A DNA stretch of 64,000 nt, from NCBI GenBank assembly GCA_964016885.1, contig OZ024740.1, forward strand, positions 270,754,001 to 270,818,000. Direction: 5' to 3'. Positions within the stretch are counted from its first letter, which is position 1. Each line of letters opens with the position of its first letter. The translations under genes and the position numbers were made by a program. A model generated the notes under the pieces. The model was given only the letters and a program-made list of their open reading frames with translations. It did no database searches and was not told the origin of the DNA. Source of the stretch: Eledone cirrhosa (Eukaryota). This document shows positions 59,875-64,000 of the stretch, in pieces.

Positions 59875-60058
59875 AATTGTTTCTACTTTTGGCACAAGGC
59901 CAGCAATTACCCAGTACATTACTGGTACTTTATTTTATCGACCCCGTAAGGATGAAAGGCAAAGTTAACCTCGACGGGATTTGAACTCAAACCGCAAAGG
60001 GACGTAACTATGCTGGAAAGCATGGCGTCCGACTCTCTACCGATACTGCCAATCCACC
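59875..60058 (-). mobile_element. tRNA-derived SINE
   Basis: Family core with A/B boxes; further degenerate copies at ~52370-52500 and ~60920-61080. Confidence 0.8.
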
Positions 60059-60426
60059 AATATTAATAATATTCTAAAAATAGAACAATATGAAATTTAA
60101 ATTCCCGTTGAAGAAAAAAGCCTTATTTTCTAATGTATTTTTTTATCTTTTGTTATGAAGAGTAAGTCAAAAGGAAAAGAAAACAAGAAAACGAATACAA
60201 GGGTGAGGTTTCTAATGAAATATTAGTTAAGTCTAAACGAAATGTTAAGTAAAAGTAAGTAATAAAAGTGATATGATGTCTGTATATGAAAAGATATTAT
60301 CTCTTACTGTTCATAGCATCTTGCAATTCCTAGCTTGGCATTTTCACAAACACAAGTGGAGCATCCATCCTGCCAAGTCTGACCTTCTGGAACTATCATA
60401 CCATTCACTGAACAGGAGCCTAATTG

Positions 60427-60462
<36 letters not shown>

Positions 60463-60469
60463 CTTTCTT

Positions 60470-60890
60470 TATTAATCACAAGGGTTTGCACAAAGTATAC
60501 ATTAAGGACAGTACAGGATAATACAGGACGGTACAAATGGGCATTTCTGCGTCTAAAAAACAAAAAAAACAAAGGATGTGACAAAAAAAGAACAATGAAA
60601 AATTCCCCAATAGGGGGGAGACTTCCGTGGGCCATCGTGGAGAAAGCCCATTAAAAAAAAAGCCACGGTGACCCTGACCACCAGGGCAAGTGCTCTCTCC
60701 CAGTTTTCCACCTTCAATTTACAGGCATATACTCAGAATAGGTCCATTCACTCGGGCCATTCTTGCCTCTCTCACCCATCTTTCAACAAAATGCTGGGAA
60801 GAGAGCACTTCCCTCTCTACCCTGATTTTCCGTTTATCCCGAACTGGCAAAGCTCCTCAGTAGCACTGCCAGGCTAGGGATTTCTGGAAA
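60470..60890 (-). mobile_element. Tx1/L1-like LINE 3' end
   Basis: KRKIRVEREVLSSQHFVE / RWVREARMARVNG C-terminus, T-rich 3' UTR, AATAAA, (ATT)n. Confidence 0.4.
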
Positions 60891-63800
60891 TATCCATGGG
60901 CCCCATAATAATAATAATAATAATTTCTGCATTAGGCACAAGGCCAGCAATTTTGTTGGAGGGGAAAGTCAATTAAATCTACCCCAGTGCGTGTCTAGTA
61001 CTTTATTTTATCGACCTCGTAAGCATTAAAGACAAAGCTAACCGCAGCGAGATTTGAACTCAGAACTTAAAAGTTCGTAAAGGTGATAGCTACGATCGAT
61101 GACCACGAGGCAGTTAACAGACTTAAGTCCATTCCATAACAAAACCAGACAGGAGAGTCCATGAATTTACAGGTTTTAGGAGCTCTTAAAATTATTGCTG
61201 GTATTCTCGAATTGTTCTGGCCAATTGAAGCTGGTAGTTGAGGTCAGGATGCTCAAATGCTACACTTACTTCAACCATCAAAGAAACAGACAATAACAGG
61301 AACACACGATAAAATATATGTACATCCACATACAGCGTGTTTCCGATTGCTGCCTTCCTCCAGATATACAAAAGGAATAAAACACTTTTAAGCCCAAATC
61401 CTGGCTTCCGAAATAATTATTGCACGCATCAACATCAATCACTACTCGTGCCAAAACTGTCAAATTTTATAATTGGGAGCTGAGCAAAATTATAAGAATT
61501 CTAAAGCCCAATAAATCCAAATTTATTTTCACAGTGCAGCTTATAATGTAATTTGTAGATATATCTACATTAACTTTATAAGACTTTCCAATACACAGTG
61601 TGTTGTACATAAATATTTAATATCTAAAGAAATAAAGTTTTTTACCCTTCCCCGTAACATTCAGAAGTGTGGTATATTCAGTTAAATCTAATTCATATTT
61701 ATTATAGAAAAGCAATGGGGTTTGTACTTAGAACGGAATGGACCGTGACTAAATACTGCTAGACATTTTATTAACCACTTTCTCGATCCTGCCAATAAAG
61801 AGAACTTGCCAAATGGAACTTCATCATTACTTAGTATCGATTGAGAATTAATTTTCGTAACTGAAATAGTGACCATATGAAAAAATAATGAGCGAATATG
61901 TAACTTTGGATCAAAGGAGAAATAATCAAATTTTCTAGTATCTATTTCACGCGTCTGTTAAATGGGGGTAATTTAGAAATCACACGAAACATTAGCAGCG
62001 GTTTTTATTTTAGAATCTACGAGGGATATTCCAATATTTTCGTTTAATTAGCCTATTTCCTAAAGTCAATACAACTATCAACATCCTACTACTGATCACT
62101 AATAAATTATGATGTGTTATGTATTTTCCATTCTCTCCGCTTCATTGTACATTTTTCTCTTTGAAGATTAGTCTATCCGACTATATGTATTGGCACGATA
62201 AAATTATTATTTACTTCCCGGACTATTTATGTATTTTTTCCTTTTTTTAATTCTTTTTGTCTGTTTATGAAAATAGATTTGCGAAGATATTTATTATTAT
62301 TTAAAATTTTGGGAAATATATGAATTTTATTATTTAAAATTCATATATTTCCCCAAATTTAAATAGAGGAGAACAGCTTTATATACTTCTCCAAATTTAG
62401 ATAGAGAAACACGGCTCGAGATTTTTTTTTTTTGCAAGCCTCTGGGGTGGTCAACAATTCATGACCGAAGACCTCATCCGAATGCTTACAACAGAATAGA
62501 TCCCACTAAAAGTGGTTAGTGGTGGTATTAAACTTACTACCCATATTTCTATGTCAATTTTAGAATGTCTCAGAGAGAATTCATTGAAGATTTTTATCAT
62601 TAACGTTTCCGGTTATACATGAATCAGAAGAGTTTTAGCAGAATGGAAACGTTGAGTCGCAGCTTTAAAACCTTCTCAATAATATTAAGCGTGAAAGAAA
62701 TTATATTGGAAACCAGTTTGCAGTAGTTGTATCGTGAAGTTATATATTTCCTAACATATTGTAATTTGGAAACTAAAGCATCAATGGTTATATGTTTCTT
62801 GCGAGTAAATCAATAGGTCCATGCATTTCTGATGGTGTAATGACAGGAGAGTGCCTGTACCTTTGGCGTAGAACAAATATCATTAGCCGACTTGCTTTAC
62901 AGTATTTTACACAGAATTCATGAATCCCATCCAGATTTTATTTAATTTTAATAAGATACCAACTACTGCTTTATGCTACTATTACTACTGTTGTTTCTGC
63001 TACGACTAACACTGTCGTAGCTACTAATACTATGGATGTTACCATTCTTGTTTACTTTTGTTGTGATGGTGTTGACTTGATGTTGTTTAATTTCTGATCA
63101 ACTCTCCTTGTGTGGGTAATTTAAGGTTGATCCAGTTGTGGTTTTCCCATTCTTCATCAAATACAATGCATCCAACATTGCATTAAGCAGTGTGTTCTTC
63201 CTTTATGAAATAGCTGGGTGTTATGTGAAGAGTTAGGTACTATTTGTTTATTAATTTCTCTATTGGGTCGAATTCATGAGCGTTTTTTTGCCTAAGTGTT
63301 TTGGTCTGCGAATTTAAAACAAAACGCTCAAGCTAATAATACTAGTAAGCATATTATAGTTGGCTTTGACTTTTCATTTTCAGTTGTTGCGCAGAGAAGA
63401 AGAAACGAACTTACTTTTCAGTGGTGTTACAGCAGTTGCTGTTAAAATAAAATTTGAAAACAATTATTAGAATGTATTTAATTGAACAAACACAACACTA
63501 ATTTACTTTAATAATCTCATAATCTGTATTCTTATTAATGTATATGTTTAGGAAGAGAATGCTACTGTTTGTATTCCAAATATATTGGTATCGTCAAAGC
63601 TGTTATATAAGTAGAAATCCTAGTATGTTTTATATATTCTTTATTAACAACTTTTACAACGTTGTTGATTCAGACACCACAGGGGTCAACATCAATTTTC
63701 AAACGCCCGAAGTTTGATATAATAAGTATCAGTAATTTGCTGAAGTTCATTCAATCAATTATACCCCATACCTACTAAATATCGGCTTTGTGCTTTGACG

Positions 63801-64000
63801 AAGGAAATTATTATTTATGTTGTTTCACTAAAGGTCGTGCCTGTTTCCCAATACCATGCCTGCTGTGCATAAAGTAAATTGATTTGAATATGAAATCAAT
63901 ATTTTTTCGCTGACGCCTTTTGATCTAGAACGTTTCGTAAACTGATAAACGTTATGATTTATTTCATAAACATTATTTACATTACCTCACTAATCTATGA

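Noticed and set aside
61080-63000. Possible host exons or decayed coding sequence
   Set aside because: Frames are interrupted by stops and resemble no family I recognise; needs BLASTX or RNA-seq

Overview
Very AT-rich, repeat-saturated eukaryotic DNA, most likely from a cephalopod (Octopus-like, inferred from its tRNA-derived SINEs and dense (TA)n tracts). I found no recognisable host gene; nearly all long ORFs in the track are microsatellite artefacts. The real content is a set of Penelope-like retroelements (PLEs; RT + C-terminal GIY-YIG) inserted in (TA)n. One is apparently intact (6942-11516; 773-aa ORF, ~0.96-kb pseudo-LTRs; probably Hydra clade), and about 8 more are truncated or inverted, including a 4.6-kb fold-back palindrome. 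About 30 type-I hammerhead ribozyme (HHR) motifs can be read by eye on both strands; some have very long stem II inserts and some have core variants (U3-A8 covariation, CCGANGA, CAGUUGA). The highlight is two families of non-coding, HHR-carrying tandem elements resembling retrozymes: a 413-468-bp family at three loci, including an array of at least 5 copies, and a 595-bp element. By inference they may be mobilised by the resident PLEs via circular or multimeric RNA. Also present are RTE, CR1 and Tx1-like LINE fragments, SINEs, tiny MITEs, a DINE/HINE-like element and a 200-N gap. All structures were read manually; coordinates may be off by a few nt and ribozyme activity is untested.
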